DNA from: a virus
IMG/VR virus record: IMGVR_UViG_3300046168_000070
Location: 1-64,000 of that record
Direction: 5' to 3' (one strand)
DNA length: 64,000 nt
Position 1 is the first letter of the stretch. Every line of letters starts with the position of its first letter. The notes under the pieces are model-generated. The model worked only from the letters and a program-made list of their open reading frames with translations. It did not search any database and was not told the DNA's origin. Below, piece by piece: positions 48,224 through 58,368 of the stretch. Position numbers and translations under genes: made by a program.

Positions 48224-48840
48224 TAAAATTCAAAGATATAGTAGCTAAATACGGAAAGCCAAAAGGGATCATCCATATTGGCGCTCACAAAATGGAAGAG
48301 CGCGAAGATTATCTAGCGAGTGGCATTAAGGACATTATATGGATCGAAGCCAACCCTGAACTTGTTAAGCGCAATCAATCATTAACATCTCCTCTGGAAA
48401 GTGTTTTTGGATGTGCGGTCTCAGATGTAGATAATAAAATTTACGATTTCAATATAACTAATAATGGAGAATCTAGCTCAATACTAGATCTGGATTTACA
48501 CAAAACCCATCATCCGCATATACATGTGACTGAAACCATAAAAGTGAAATCAAGCAGAATCGACACTTTAATTAAAGAGAACTCTATTAACATTCAAGAT
48601 TATGATTTTGTTAATATCGATATCCAAGGCGCGGAACTTTTAGCATTAAAAGGTTTCGGTGATTGCTTGCGATCAGTCAAATATATTTACACAGAAGTAA
48701 ATACTAATTTTTTGTATAAAGATTGTGCGTTGGTTTCGCAAATAGATGAATATTTAGAAAAGTATGAATTTAAACGAGTTGCAACAGCAATGACTAAATA
48801 CGAATGGGGGGATGCTTTGTACATAAAACAAAATGATTAA
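48217..48840 (+). CDS. FkbM-family methyltransferase
   Basis: IHIGAH, WIEANP, NIDIQGAELLALKG and YTEV. Confidence 0.9.
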   Translation: MLIKFKDIVAKYGKPKGIIHIGAHKMEEREDYLASGIKDIIWIEANPELVKRNQSLTSPLESVFGCAVSDVDNKIYDFNITNNGESSSILDLDLHKTHHPHIHVTETIKVKSSRIDTLIKENSINIQDYDFVNIDIQGAELLALKGFGDCLRSVKYIYTEVNTNFLYKDCALVSQIDEYLEKYEFKRVATAMTKYEWGDALYIKQND

Positions 48841-49675
48841 TCTTTGCTATAATCATTGCTCTATGGGCCCACAAAAAGTCTATAATAACCTACAAAAAGG
48901 TTTAGAATCCTTGGGGGTTAATTATTCTCACAATGATCCGAACCCAAAAAATGGGTTTGTTACAGTATTTTTAAATAAACACAATTCTATTCAATCGAAT
49001 CTAATAAACAATTCTTTTGTAGGGCCAAACATCTGTGTTCTACCTATTGATGACAGGATAATGATGGAACAGAAATATCAAAAAACTATCGTCCCCTCCA
49101 AATGGGTTAAAAATCTTTATTCAAAATGGATACCAGCAGAGAAAATATGCACTTGGGCGGTTGGTATAGATACCGACCTTTTTTCTGACAAATCTAATAA
49201 TGAAAAAACTAACGACTGTTTAATTTATTTCAAAAGAAGAAGTTCTGAAGAATTAAATATAATCAAAAATTTTTTAAAAGAAAAAAAACAATCTTTTGTT
49301 CTTGTGGAATACGGGAAATATAATGAGGCTCAATTTATAGACGTTATTACAAAAAGCAAATATGGAATAATTTTAGACAACACAGAAAGTCAGGGTATAG
49401 CAATTCAAGAAATGATGAGTTGTAATTTACCACTTTTAGTTTGGGATGTAACTCATTGGGTTGATAGAGGTGAAAAATACAAGATTAAGGCAACCTCAAT
49501 ACCTTACTGGGACGAAAGATGTGGTATTAATTTTGACAATGGCGAAGATTTAGAAAAAGCTTATAATGACTTAACCGAGAATCTGTCAAATTATAAACCA
49601 AGGGAATATGTGATGGAAAATTTATCAATAGAGAAAGCTACAAATAATATTTTAACAATAATGAACTTATTATGA
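48833..49675 (+). CDS. GT4-like glycosyltransferase
   Basis: GPQKV, VGPN and ESQGIAIQEMMSCNLPLLVW. Confidence 0.75.
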   Translation: MINLCYNHCSMGPQKVYNNLQKGLESLGVNYSHNDPNPKNGFVTVFLNKHNSIQSNLINNSFVGPNICVLPIDDRIMMEQKYQKTIVPSKWVKNLYSKWIPAEKICTWAVGIDTDLFSDKSNNEKTNDCLIYFKRRSSEELNIIKNFLKEKKQSFVLVEYGKYNEAQFIDVITKSKYGIILDNTESQGIAIQEMMSCNLPLLVWDVTHWVDRGEKYKIKATSIPYWDERCGINFDNGEDLEKAYNDLTENLSNYKPREYVMENLSIEKATNNILTIMNLL

Positions 49676-50598
49676 AGAATGTTTTAATAACAGGTATAAA
49701 CGGTTTTGTTGGGTCTTCGATAGCCAAACGAGAATTAGAAAGAGGTAACAATGTAATTGGAATCGTTAGGGATATCAACAGAAAGAGCCAAAAAGATATC
49801 TTAGATAAATGTACTATTATATATGGCGATATAACTAATACGCAACTCATTGATAGGGTTATTGCCGATTATGAGGTTGATTTAATCTATCACCTAGCTG
49901 CAATGTCAATTGTTAAGATTGCTGATAAGAATCCATTAAATTGTTATATGAGTAATGTCATAGGTACGATTAATATATTGGATGGAGTCAGAAAGATTAA
50001 TCCTTTAATTAAAGTGGTTATGGCTTCATCTGATAAAGCTTATGGTACTCACGATAAATTACCGTATACCGAGGATATGAAATTACAGCCAGATGACCCA
50101 TACTCAACATCCAAAGCATGTTCTGACTTAATCGCACAATCCTACAACAAAACATATAACTTAAACGTGAATGTGATTAGATGTGCTAACATCTACGGCC
50201 CTAGAGATATGAACTTATCTAGGATTATACCAAACACGATTAGAAATATTAAGAACGGAACGAAGCCTAGGATTTATTCTGGGGTATTAGAATTCAAACG
50301 TGAATTTGTTTTCATTGAAGATGTAGTTGACGCTTACCTATTAATGGCTGATAACGGTGTTCCAGGTGAGATTTACAATATTGGTGATTGTGAATTCTAT
50401 ACGATTCAAGAAGTAGTAGAAATTATCTCAGAAATAATGGAATATAAAGGTGGGTATGAAATTGCTGATAAGGACTTTATTGAGATTCCATTCCAATATA
50501 TGTCGGCTGATAAATTAAAAGGCTTAGGCTGGACTAAGACTCACACATTCAAAGAAGGTCTAAGTAAGACTATTGAATGGTATAAAGCGAGGTTATAA
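49672..50598 (+). CDS. NAD-dependent nucleotide-sugar 4,6-dehydratase/epimerase (RfbG-like)
   Basis: LITGINGFVG, HLAA, ASSDKAYG, YSTSK and NIYGPRD. Confidence 0.9.
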   Translation: MKNVLITGINGFVGSSIAKRELERGNNVIGIVRDINRKSQKDILDKCTIIYGDITNTQLIDRVIADYEVDLIYHLAAMSIVKIADKNPLNCYMSNVIGTINILDGVRKINPLIKVVMASSDKAYGTHDKLPYTEDMKLQPDDPYSTSKACSDLIAQSYNKTYNLNVNVIRCANIYGPRDMNLSRIIPNTIRNIKNGTKPRIYSGVLEFKREFVFIEDVVDAYLLMADNGVPGEIYNIGDCEFYTIQEVVEIISEIMEYKGGYEIADKDFIEIPFQYMSADKLKGLGWTKTHTFKEGLSKTIEWYKARL

Positions 50599-51389
50599 TG
50601 AAAAATTTAGTAATAGGTTCTGGAGGTTTCTTAGGTACGCAGTTATGTAGGCACTTAAGAGACCTTGGGGATCAAGTTATAGAATATGATATAAAGAATA
50701 GTGTTACGCAAGACGCTAGGCTTGGAGAATTACCATTAGACGGTGTTAATAGAGTTTATTTCTTAGCGTGGGATGTTGGTGGTTCTAAATATCTTTACAA
50801 AGAGGGTAGTCAAGAAACACAAATGACATGGAATAATGAGTTAATGCTTAATGTGTTTAAACAAATCATGGATATTCCGTTTGTGTTTATTTCATCCCAA
50901 TTAGCAGATGTTACTGACACTGTTTATGGTGTACAGAAACAAATGGGTGAAGTGTGGACCAAACTATCAAAGCATGGTATAGCTGTTAGGCTATGGAACA
51001 TTTACGGTTATAATGAGGATTTCACAGAAAGAAGTCATGTAGTTTCTGACTTCATATTTCAAGCAATGACTAATAAGGAAATTAACATGCTCACAATGGG
51101 TGAAGAATTTAGACAATATATTCACATAGACGATGTGTGTAATGGGTTAGTTAAAGCATTTGACATTAAGGACAGGAGCAAGACATATGATCTATCAACT
51201 GGTGAGTGGGTTAAATTAATTGATTTAGCGCTTCTAATAAGTGAAATTACAGATTGTAAGGTTGTCAGGGGTGAAAAATTAGGTGATAGTCTATTAATCG
51301 ATAATAAAGACTTTGTTCCTGGTTGGGAGCCAAGTGTTTTCCTAAAAGAAGGCTTAACAAGAATGGTAAAAGAGTTTAAACATGAGTAG
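50598..51389 (+). CDS. NAD-dependent nucleotide-sugar epimerase
   Basis: GSGGFLG, YGVQK, NIYG and RQYIHIDD. Confidence 0.85.
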   Translation: MKNLVIGSGGFLGTQLCRHLRDLGDQVIEYDIKNSVTQDARLGELPLDGVNRVYFLAWDVGGSKYLYKEGSQETQMTWNNELMLNVFKQIMDIPFVFISSQLADVTDTVYGVQKQMGEVWTKLSKHGIAVRLWNIYGYNEDFTERSHVVSDFIFQAMTNKEINMLTMGEEFRQYIHIDDVCNGLVKAFDIKDRSKTYDLSTGEWVKLIDLALLISEITDCKVVRGEKLGDSLLIDNKDFVPGWEPSVFLKEGLTRMVKEFKHE

Positions 51390-51534
51390 CGGAGTTAAAA
51401 ACAGATTAGTAAAGTTAAGTAATCAAGGGTTTAAACCTAAGAAAATATTAGATATTGGTGCTAATGTTGGTGAGTTCCATGGACTATTTCAGAAAGGTGA
51501 AGTTTTTCAGAGGGACGTTTTGTTTTATAAATAA
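51382..51534 (+). pseudogene. Internally deleted FkbM-family methyltransferase remnant (50 aa)
   Basis: N-terminal FKPKKILDIGANVGEF joined directly to C-terminal GEVFQRDVLFYK. Confidence 0.7.
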
Positions 51535-51540
51535 AAGAAT

Positions 51541-52347
51541 ATGAAAGTCAGTACAATTACACCATGCTATAAGATGGGAGAATATCTCCCAAAGTTCTTA
51601 GAAGAATTAGAACAACAAACACTATTCCCAAACTTCGAAGTTGTGTTAGATCATAACGACCCAGAAGATTGGGAAGTGGAACTGGTTCAATCATATATTG
51701 AGAAATACCCAGATGGTGTTATCAAACATATCATTACAAAACCAGTAGACCCAATCGGTGTTTCAATGAACACATGCATTAAGGAAGCTTCTGGCGAATA
51801 CTTAACGATTTGGAATATAGACGATTTAAGAACCCCAGAATCACTTGAAAGTCAAATGAAAGTGTTAGATGAAAATGAAGGTGTGGATATCGTCAACACC
51901 AATTTTCAAATAGTTAATTCATTTGGAGCTAAAGCTGGCAGACAGATTGACCATAGAAAATATGATGAATCAGAATATAAGAGAGGAATGGTTTTAGGGC
52001 CATTCTTTATGTTCAGAAAATCAATATGTCTCAAAGCTGGATACTTTGATGAGCAACTTAAATCTGGCGCTGATTTTGACTTCGCTATTAGATTAGCTCA
52101 TAATGGCGATGTGATGTTTTCGGAGGGTAATGGCGGTTATTATCTAGACGAAGGGAAAGGCGCTAGTACGAGCGGTGATTTACAACCAATAGAGAAGACA
52201 TTCATTTATGTTAGATATGGTATTCATGATAAAATAGATCGTGAAAGATGTCATATATTCATGGATAAAGCCATGGAATATGATGTTGAAAATATCACTA
52301 GTTTTCAAAAAAAAACCAAATACACTAATTACATCAATACCCAATAA
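51541..52347 (+). CDS. GT2 family glycosyltransferase
   Basis: VSTITPCY, ASGEYLTIWNIDD and GADFDF. Confidence 0.88.
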   Translation: MKVSTITPCYKMGEYLPKFLEELEQQTLFPNFEVVLDHNDPEDWEVELVQSYIEKYPDGVIKHIITKPVDPIGVSMNTCIKEASGEYLTIWNIDDLRTPESLESQMKVLDENEGVDIVNTNFQIVNSFGAKAGRQIDHRKYDESEYKRGMVLGPFFMFRKSICLKAGYFDEQLKSGADFDFAIRLAHNGDVMFSEGNGGYYLDEGKGASTSGDLQPIEKTFIYVRYGIHDKIDRERCHIFMDKAMEYDVENITSFQKKTKYTNYINTQ

Positions 52348-52373
52348 AAAGCCAATCCAAAAATACATACAAC

Positions 52374-53591
52374 ATGACAAACTTAAAAAATTTAATAGAA
52401 AAAACAAAAAACAATCCAACGATTAAATGGACGGCTCACAAGGAGCATTTAAATGCGATTGAACCCGCACTAAAGTCTTACCTAAACAATGAAACTTTTC
52501 CCAATAAAGGAAAGGTTCATGGCTATTTCACATTAATTCACAATGTAGTTAAAAGCCTACCAGATGATGCGATAATAGTTGAATTGGGCAACAGAGAGGG
52601 AATGAGCACGTTGGCCATATATGATGCCTTAAAGGATAATCAAAAATTCTATACAATAGATATAATAAAAGATCTTCGTGTTATGCCAAAATCTTTCTTT
52701 GATGATGGTAGAGTAAATGTCATTTATGGTGATTGTGTTAGTGATGGCATAGTTTCGTTATTTGAAAATGAGTCAATAGATTTTTTGTTTTCAGATACTA
52801 TTCATTATTACAAGCAAGTTGATAGTGAATTTAAAGCCTATAAAAATAAGTTAAAAAATAATTCTATAATCTTTATGGATGATATAAAATTAAATGATAA
52901 AGGAAGATTTTACGAAGAGTGGGAAGGAGAAAAGTATAGTATGGGAAATTGGTGCCATGAGACTGGTTTTGGATTGTTTAAATTTAAAAATAAAATGGCA
53001 AACGCTGATATTGTAATATGGTATAATCATGATAGAAAGTTAGGGTTTTTAGGAATACCCAAATGTGCATCAACTACATTAAGAGTTTTCACTGGGTGCA
53101 ACACTCTTTCAGATACAGATATACCAGAAGATTATAATGGTTTTACTGTAATAAGAGAGCCTGTAGAAAGATACGTTTCTGGCTTCATTGAAGTCATGTA
53201 CCCAGCTCCAGATTATCCAAAGTGTAGATATCATCATAATTTAAATTTGTCAAATGATGTAATAAACGATTTGGACAATATCAATAAAATATTAGATGAT
53301 ATAGAAAAGTTTAAGTCTTTTACCGAATATATTATAGAAAACGGCTTTTTTGAACCTCATACATTCCCTCAATCTTTTTATTTGAATAATGATGATAGGT
53401 TTAAGATTTATAAAATGGAAAATTTAGACCAATTATCTAAAGACCTTGGTCTTGGAAAGGCTCCTAATTTAAATCGAACAAGTAATAATGCTGTCAAAAA
53501 AAAGTTATTAAAATTTCTAAAAGAAGATAAGTTTGTGTCAAAGATTGAAGGGTTATATAAAGAAGATATAAAAATTTACAATTCATTATGA
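52374..53591 (+). CDS. Class I SAM methyltransferase (Methyltransf_24-like) fused to sulfotransferase-2-like domain
   Basis: IVELGNREGMST, DFLFSDT-x-H; then GIPKCASTTL (5'-PSB), IREPVERYVSG (3'-PB) and HTFPQ. Confidence 0.8.
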   Translation: MTNLKNLIEKTKNNPTIKWTAHKEHLNAIEPALKSYLNNETFPNKGKVHGYFTLIHNVVKSLPDDAIIVELGNREGMSTLAIYDALKDNQKFYTIDIIKDLRVMPKSFFDDGRVNVIYGDCVSDGIVSLFENESIDFLFSDTIHYYKQVDSEFKAYKNKLKNNSIIFMDDIKLNDKGRFYEEWEGEKYSMGNWCHETGFGLFKFKNKMANADIVIWYNHDRKLGFLGIPKCASTTLRVFTGCNTLSDTDIPEDYNGFTVIREPVERYVSGFIEVMYPAPDYPKCRYHHNLNLSNDVINDLDNINKILDDIEKFKSFTEYIIENGFFEPHTFPQSFYLNNDDRFKIYKMENLDQLSKDLGLGKAPNLNRTSNNAVKKKLLKFLKEDKFVSKIEGLYKEDIKIYNSL

Positions 53592-54439
53592 AAATAGTTG
53601 GAATTACGCCAATAAAAAACGAATCAGCTTTTATTGATTCTTTTGCTTCATCAGCCACACAAGTTTGCGATAAAGTCATTGTTTTAGATGATGGCTCAAC
53701 TGATAATTCAGTAGAGTTATTAAAGAAATATGATAAAATAGAAATTGTAGAATTAAAGAATAATGATGGCTGGGGTTCTAAGAGGTCTCATTTGTTTAAT
53801 TTAGCTAGAGAATACTCTCCTACTCATATTGTAGGATTAGATGCTGACGAAGCTTTTACAGCAAATGCAATAAAAAATTTTGATATCATTGCATCATCAA
53901 TTAAACCAGGAGAGAGATGCACTTTACATTGGCTTCCAATGTGGAAATCTTTATACGAATACAGACAAGACAATAGTGCTTGGTCTAATAGTTTTAAGGA
54001 TTTTATAATTTGCGATGATGGTAAAATCAATTATTCAGGAAACTGGATTCATGAGCCTAGATTACCAATAGTAAAACCTACAAAACAAATTCCTACTGAT
54101 ATTGGGGGTGTTTTTCATTTTCAATTTTCTTCATGGGAAGCCTTTCAAATTAAACAATCTTGGTATAGATGTTTAGAAAGGGTCAGTAATCCAAATAAGT
54201 CTATAGGACAAATAAATAAAACTTATTCTATAACTCTTGATGATAAAAATTGTCATTTAAGAAAAGCGCCAGAAGAGTGGTACGAAGGAGTTGTTCTTCC
54301 TGATTTGGATAAAATATATCAAAACACATTATGGAGAATAAAAGAGATTGAAGAATGGATAAAACATCATGGTTTAGATTATTTTAAAGATTTAAACATT
54401 TGGCATGTTGCAGATATAAACAATTTGAGAAATGAATAA
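53588..54439 (+). CDS. GT2-like glycosyltransferase
   Basis: IKNE, VLDDGSTD, GLDADE and IHEPR. Confidence 0.85.
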   Translation: MKIVGITPIKNESAFIDSFASSATQVCDKVIVLDDGSTDNSVELLKKYDKIEIVELKNNDGWGSKRSHLFNLAREYSPTHIVGLDADEAFTANAIKNFDIIASSIKPGERCTLHWLPMWKSLYEYRQDNSAWSNSFKDFIICDDGKINYSGNWIHEPRLPIVKPTKQIPTDIGGVFHFQFSSWEAFQIKQSWYRCLERVSNPNKSIGQINKTYSITLDDKNCHLRKAPEEWYEGVVLPDLDKIYQNTLWRIKEIEEWIKHHGLDYFKDLNIWHVADINNLRNE

Positions 54440-55544
54440 GATAAGAGTTGCATTTATAAAATTTGGTGGACTTTCTGCTGGTGGTACAGAAAGATTTTTA
54501 CATGCAATAGCTGGTAATTTACCACAAGATATATTTGAGGTTGATTACTACTATACAGATGCTGCACCATATTTGGGTTCTGACTGGCAACATCCAGATA
54601 CGGACCCAGATAGAAAGAAATATATGGAGAGTAAGAATGTTAACTTAATTAAGGTGGAAGTTGAATTCAAGGATGTTAGAGATAGGTTACATCCATGGGT
54701 TAACACTAACTTATGGGACTTATTTAGTGAAGATAATTACGATGTTGTTCTTGGGGGTAGAGCTGGCCACCCAGAGTTCCCATTTCACATGATAACTAAA
54801 ACACCATTAATCAATATCTTAGCGCTAAATGCTGGTGTAGATAATCAAAGGAATATATTTAAATCATTCCACATAACCAACTGGTGCGGTCAACAATGGA
54901 TTAAACAGGGTGGTGACGCTAGTAGATTAGAGATTGTGCCAGTTATCCAAGAAATGCCAGAACCACCATTCACGAATATGCGTGAGGAATTAGGCGTCAG
55001 TGATAAGTTCGTCTACGGATTTCACCAACGTAATTCAAGTGGCTTGTTCTCAGAAGTACCTCTTAATGCGTATAAGCAAATCGAAACTGATGATACTTGC
55101 TTCATCTTATTAGGCGGGCATGACGATTATAATAATCAAGCTAAAGAATTGTGTTTAAAAAATTTCATATCATTACCGCATACAGGTGATTCTGATGCGA
55201 TACATTCGTTTTTAGAAACGATAGATGTTTTTAGTCACGGCAGAAACGATGGAGAAACCTTTGGCGCTGTTTTTACAGAAGCCATGTATCACAAAAAACC
55301 TTGCATAAGTCACACGTCTTTCGCAAATGGACATGTTGAAGTCATAGGTGATTCTGGGAAATGTTTTTCTAGGTCCGATATAGAAGGTTATTCTTTAGAA
55401 ATGTTGAAATTAAAAAATGAAAAAAAATATTATTGCGAAAAATCAAAGTTAGCCTACGAAAGATATAAAAAAGAATACTCTCTAGATTCTCAAATAGAAA
55501 AAATTATTAAAATATTACAAGATGCTTCAAAAAAAATCTTTTAA
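54432..55544 (+). CDS. GT4 family glycosyltransferase
   Basis: GGLSAGGTER and GETFGAVFTEAM. Confidence 0.88.
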   Translation: MNKIRVAFIKFGGLSAGGTERFLHAIAGNLPQDIFEVDYYYTDAAPYLGSDWQHPDTDPDRKKYMESKNVNLIKVEVEFKDVRDRLHPWVNTNLWDLFSEDNYDVVLGGRAGHPEFPFHMITKTPLINILALNAGVDNQRNIFKSFHITNWCGQQWIKQGGDASRLEIVPVIQEMPEPPFTNMREELGVSDKFVYGFHQRNSSGLFSEVPLNAYKQIETDDTCFILLGGHDDYNNQAKELCLKNFISLPHTGDSDAIHSFLETIDVFSHGRNDGETFGAVFTEAMYHKKPCISHTSFANGHVEVIGDSGKCFSRSDIEGYSLEMLKLKNEKKYYCEKSKLAYERYKKEYSLDSQIEKIIKILQDASKKIF

Positions 55545-55546
55545 AA

Positions 55547-56347
55547 ATGATTATTATAAAAATGCAAGGTGGCCTTTGTAATCAATTATTTCAATGGGCT
55601 TTTGGCCGCTCATTATCTAAAAGATTTGGTGTTAAAGATTATTATGATATTAGTTTTTATACTAGCGGAGCTAATCGCGTGGGATATACAGATGCTAGAG
55701 AGTTTTGTTTGCCTGACTTATTAAATATAAAAATTCCAATACTAACTCAAGATGCAATAGATCAATTTCATTCTAAAGCGTATCGAGACGGGGCTCAAAA
55801 ATTTATACAAGAACCGTCCAATGGGTCTTTTATACAAATTGAATATGATAAAAAATTTTTTTATTATTTTGATGGTTATTGGCAGAACGAAAAATACATA
55901 AAAGATTATAGAAGCGAAATTATATCTTGCTTAGATTTAGATTTAAATCATAATCTTGACTTTACAGACTCCTGTTCTTTACATGTCAGGAGAGGAGACT
56001 ATTTAAAATCGAATGGCTATCATCCTGTTTTAGATATTACATATTATCAAAAAGCTTTAGAGATAATAAAACCTAAAGGTAATTTATTTGTATTTTCTGA
56101 TGATATCGCGTGGTGCAAGCAAAACCTTGAATTTGAAAATATGATTTTTATGGAAAACAATTCGAATATAGATGATTTAAAACTAATGACTATGTGCCAC
56201 AATAACATAATAGCTAATAGTTCTTTCAGTTGGATGGGGGCGTGGCTCAATCAAAATCCACAAAAAAAAGTCGTCTCACCAAAAGTTTGGTATGGGAATA
56301 ATGTCGATTATCAAACAGTTAGGCCTGAAGAATGGATTGTTATTTAA
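55547..56347 (+). CDS. GT11 alpha-1,2-fucosyltransferase
   Basis: GGLCNQLFQ, GYWQNEKY, LHVRRGDY, VFSDDI-x-W and IIANSSFSWMGA. Confidence 0.92.
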   Translation: MIIIKMQGGLCNQLFQWAFGRSLSKRFGVKDYYDISFYTSGANRVGYTDAREFCLPDLLNIKIPILTQDAIDQFHSKAYRDGAQKFIQEPSNGSFIQIEYDKKFFYYFDGYWQNEKYIKDYRSEIISCLDLDLNHNLDFTDSCSLHVRRGDYLKSNGYHPVLDITYYQKALEIIKPKGNLFVFSDDIAWCKQNLEFENMIFMENNSNIDDLKLMTMCHNNIIANSSFSWMGAWLNQNPQKKVVSPKVWYGNNVDYQTVRPEEWIVI

Positions 56348-56375
56348 TTTTTTAAACATCAAGATATAATATTAT

Positions 56376-57437
56376 ATGAAAAAAATCGTTGTAACAGGAG
56401 TCACAGGACAAGATGGTAGTCATATGGTAGACTATCTTTTAAAATTGTTTAAACAAGAATTTGGTAAAACTGATTTCATGCTTTACGGCACTGCGCGCAG
56501 GCTTAGTGTTAAAAATCATGAAAATATTTTGCATTTAGAAGATGAGCCTAGATTTCAACTAATTAATATGGATTTAAACGACGCCCATAGTATTCGAGAT
56601 GTAGTCATTGACATTCAGCCAGATTATTTTATTAACTTTGCAGCTCAATCTTTCGTTGCAGGTAGTTGGGAATACCCTATTCAAACATGGGATACAGACG
56701 CAAGCTCGGTGTTGCATATACTTGAATCTATTCGTAGATTTGCTCCTCATTGCCGATTTTATAACGCAGGTTCTTCTGAGGAGTTTGGCGATGTCGTATA
56801 TACGCCACAAGATGAAAATCATCCGCTACTACCTCAGTCTCCATATGGTGCAGCCAAGTGTGCCGCAAGGCATATCGTTAGAGTTTATAGAGAGTCATAT
56901 GGCTTATATGCAGTGCAAGGCTGGTTGTTTAACCATGAAGGTTCGAGAAGAGGGTTGGATTTTGTTACTCGTAAAATCACCCATACAATTGCCAAGATAA
57001 AAATTGCCCTCGAAAATAATAAACCTCTACCGATTCTTAAACTTGGCAACTTAGAAGCTCAGAGAGACTGGAGCGATGCAGAAGATTTTATGGAAGGAGT
57101 TTGGTTAATGTTAAATCAAGATAAGCCAGAGAATTATGTTTTAGGGAGCGGAGAAATGTTTACGGTGAGACATTTCTTAAATACATGCCTAAGTCATGCT
57201 GATATTAAATTTTATTCTGAAGGAGAAAGTGACTCAGAAAAATATTATACCGAATCTGGACAGTTATTTTTTGAAGTTGACCCGAAGTTTTATCGACCAG
57301 CAGAAGTCCACAAACTTTGCGGAGACCCATCTAAAGCAGAATCTGAGTTAGGTTGGAAGCGAAAGACTTCATTTAAAGATTTAGTGCTTAAAATGTATAA
57401 TAACGATTACTCAATTTTAAATGGACAAAAAATCTAA
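56376..57437 (+). CDS. gmd: GDP-mannose 4,6-dehydratase
   Basis: TGVTGQDG, NFAAQSFV, SSEEFG, SPYGAAK, FNHE, FVTRKI and YRPAEV. Confidence 0.96.
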   Translation: MKKIVVTGVTGQDGSHMVDYLLKLFKQEFGKTDFMLYGTARRLSVKNHENILHLEDEPRFQLINMDLNDAHSIRDVVIDIQPDYFINFAAQSFVAGSWEYPIQTWDTDASSVLHILESIRRFAPHCRFYNAGSSEEFGDVVYTPQDENHPLLPQSPYGAAKCAARHIVRVYRESYGLYAVQGWLFNHEGSRRGLDFVTRKITHTIAKIKIALENNKPLPILKLGNLEAQRDWSDAEDFMEGVWLMLNQDKPENYVLGSGEMFTVRHFLNTCLSHADIKFYSEGESDSEKYYTESGQLFFEVDPKFYRPAEVHKLCGDPSKAESELGWKRKTSFKDLVLKMYNNDYSILNGQKI

Positions 57438-58368
57438 AATTTTTATTGCAGGGCATAAAGGCATGGTAGGTTCCGCAGTCCTTGATTTGCTCAAAAAATC
57501 TGGTTATGAAAATATCATTACCCGATCCAGAAGAGAACTGGATTTAAGAGATCAAAGTAAAGTTCACTCCTTTTTTAAAAATAATTCAATTGACGCAGTG
57601 ATTTTATGCGCCGCAAAAGTTGGAGGAATTGAATCTAATAATGTTTATAGAGCGGATTATATATATGATAATTTACAAATTGCCACAAATATAATTAAAT
57701 CAGCTCACAATTCCTCAGTTAAAAAATTAATTAATTTAGGATCTTCTTGCATTTACCCCAAAAGCCCAAAACTGCCTATAACAGAAGAGCAGTTACTGAC
57801 TGGACCTCTAGAGAAAACGAACGAGCCTTATGCCGTTGCAAAAATTGCAGCTCTCAAAATGTGCGAAGCCTACTATCACCAATATGGAGACAATTTTTAC
57901 TCCATAATGCCATGCAACCTTTATGGCGAGAATGATAATTTCGACCTATACAGCTCTCATGTTTTACCTGCGTTAATCAATAAGTTTCACGCAGCGAAGC
58001 AAGATGAATTGGGATTTGTTAAGATTTGGGGCTCAGGCAAACCAAGAAGAGAGTTTCTTCATGTCAGAGACTTAGCGAGTGCAATTTTGTTATGCCTTCA
58101 GAAAATTAACGCCGAAGATATTTATAAATATAATATTTCTCATTTAAATTGTGGATCTTATCAAGAATTTTCTATACTTGAATTAGCTAATATAATTAAA
58201 TCTATAGTAGGGTTTCGTGGGGAAATCAGATATGACAAAACGAAGCCAGATGGAACTTTTAGAAAATTAATGAACAGCAATCGTATGTTCAAATTTGGCT
58301 TTACTCCATCAATAGCCTTAACAGAAGGTATTCGCCAAACATACAACTGGTATCTTAAAAATGTCTGA
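57421..58368 (+). CDS. fcl: GDP-L-fucose synthase
   Basis: AGHKGMVGS, AAKVGGI, LGSSCIYPK, YAVAKI, PCNLYG, SHVLPAL and KPDG. Confidence 0.96.
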   Translation: MDKKSKIFIAGHKGMVGSAVLDLLKKSGYENIITRSRRELDLRDQSKVHSFFKNNSIDAVILCAAKVGGIESNNVYRADYIYDNLQIATNIIKSAHNSSVKKLINLGSSCIYPKSPKLPITEEQLLTGPLEKTNEPYAVAKIAALKMCEAYYHQYGDNFYSIMPCNLYGENDNFDLYSSHVLPALINKFHAAKQDELGFVKIWGSGKPRREFLHVRDLASAILLCLQKINAEDIYKYNISHLNCGSYQEFSILELANIIKSIVGFRGEIRYDKTKPDGTFRKLMNSNRMFKFGFTPSIALTEGIRQTYNWYLKNV

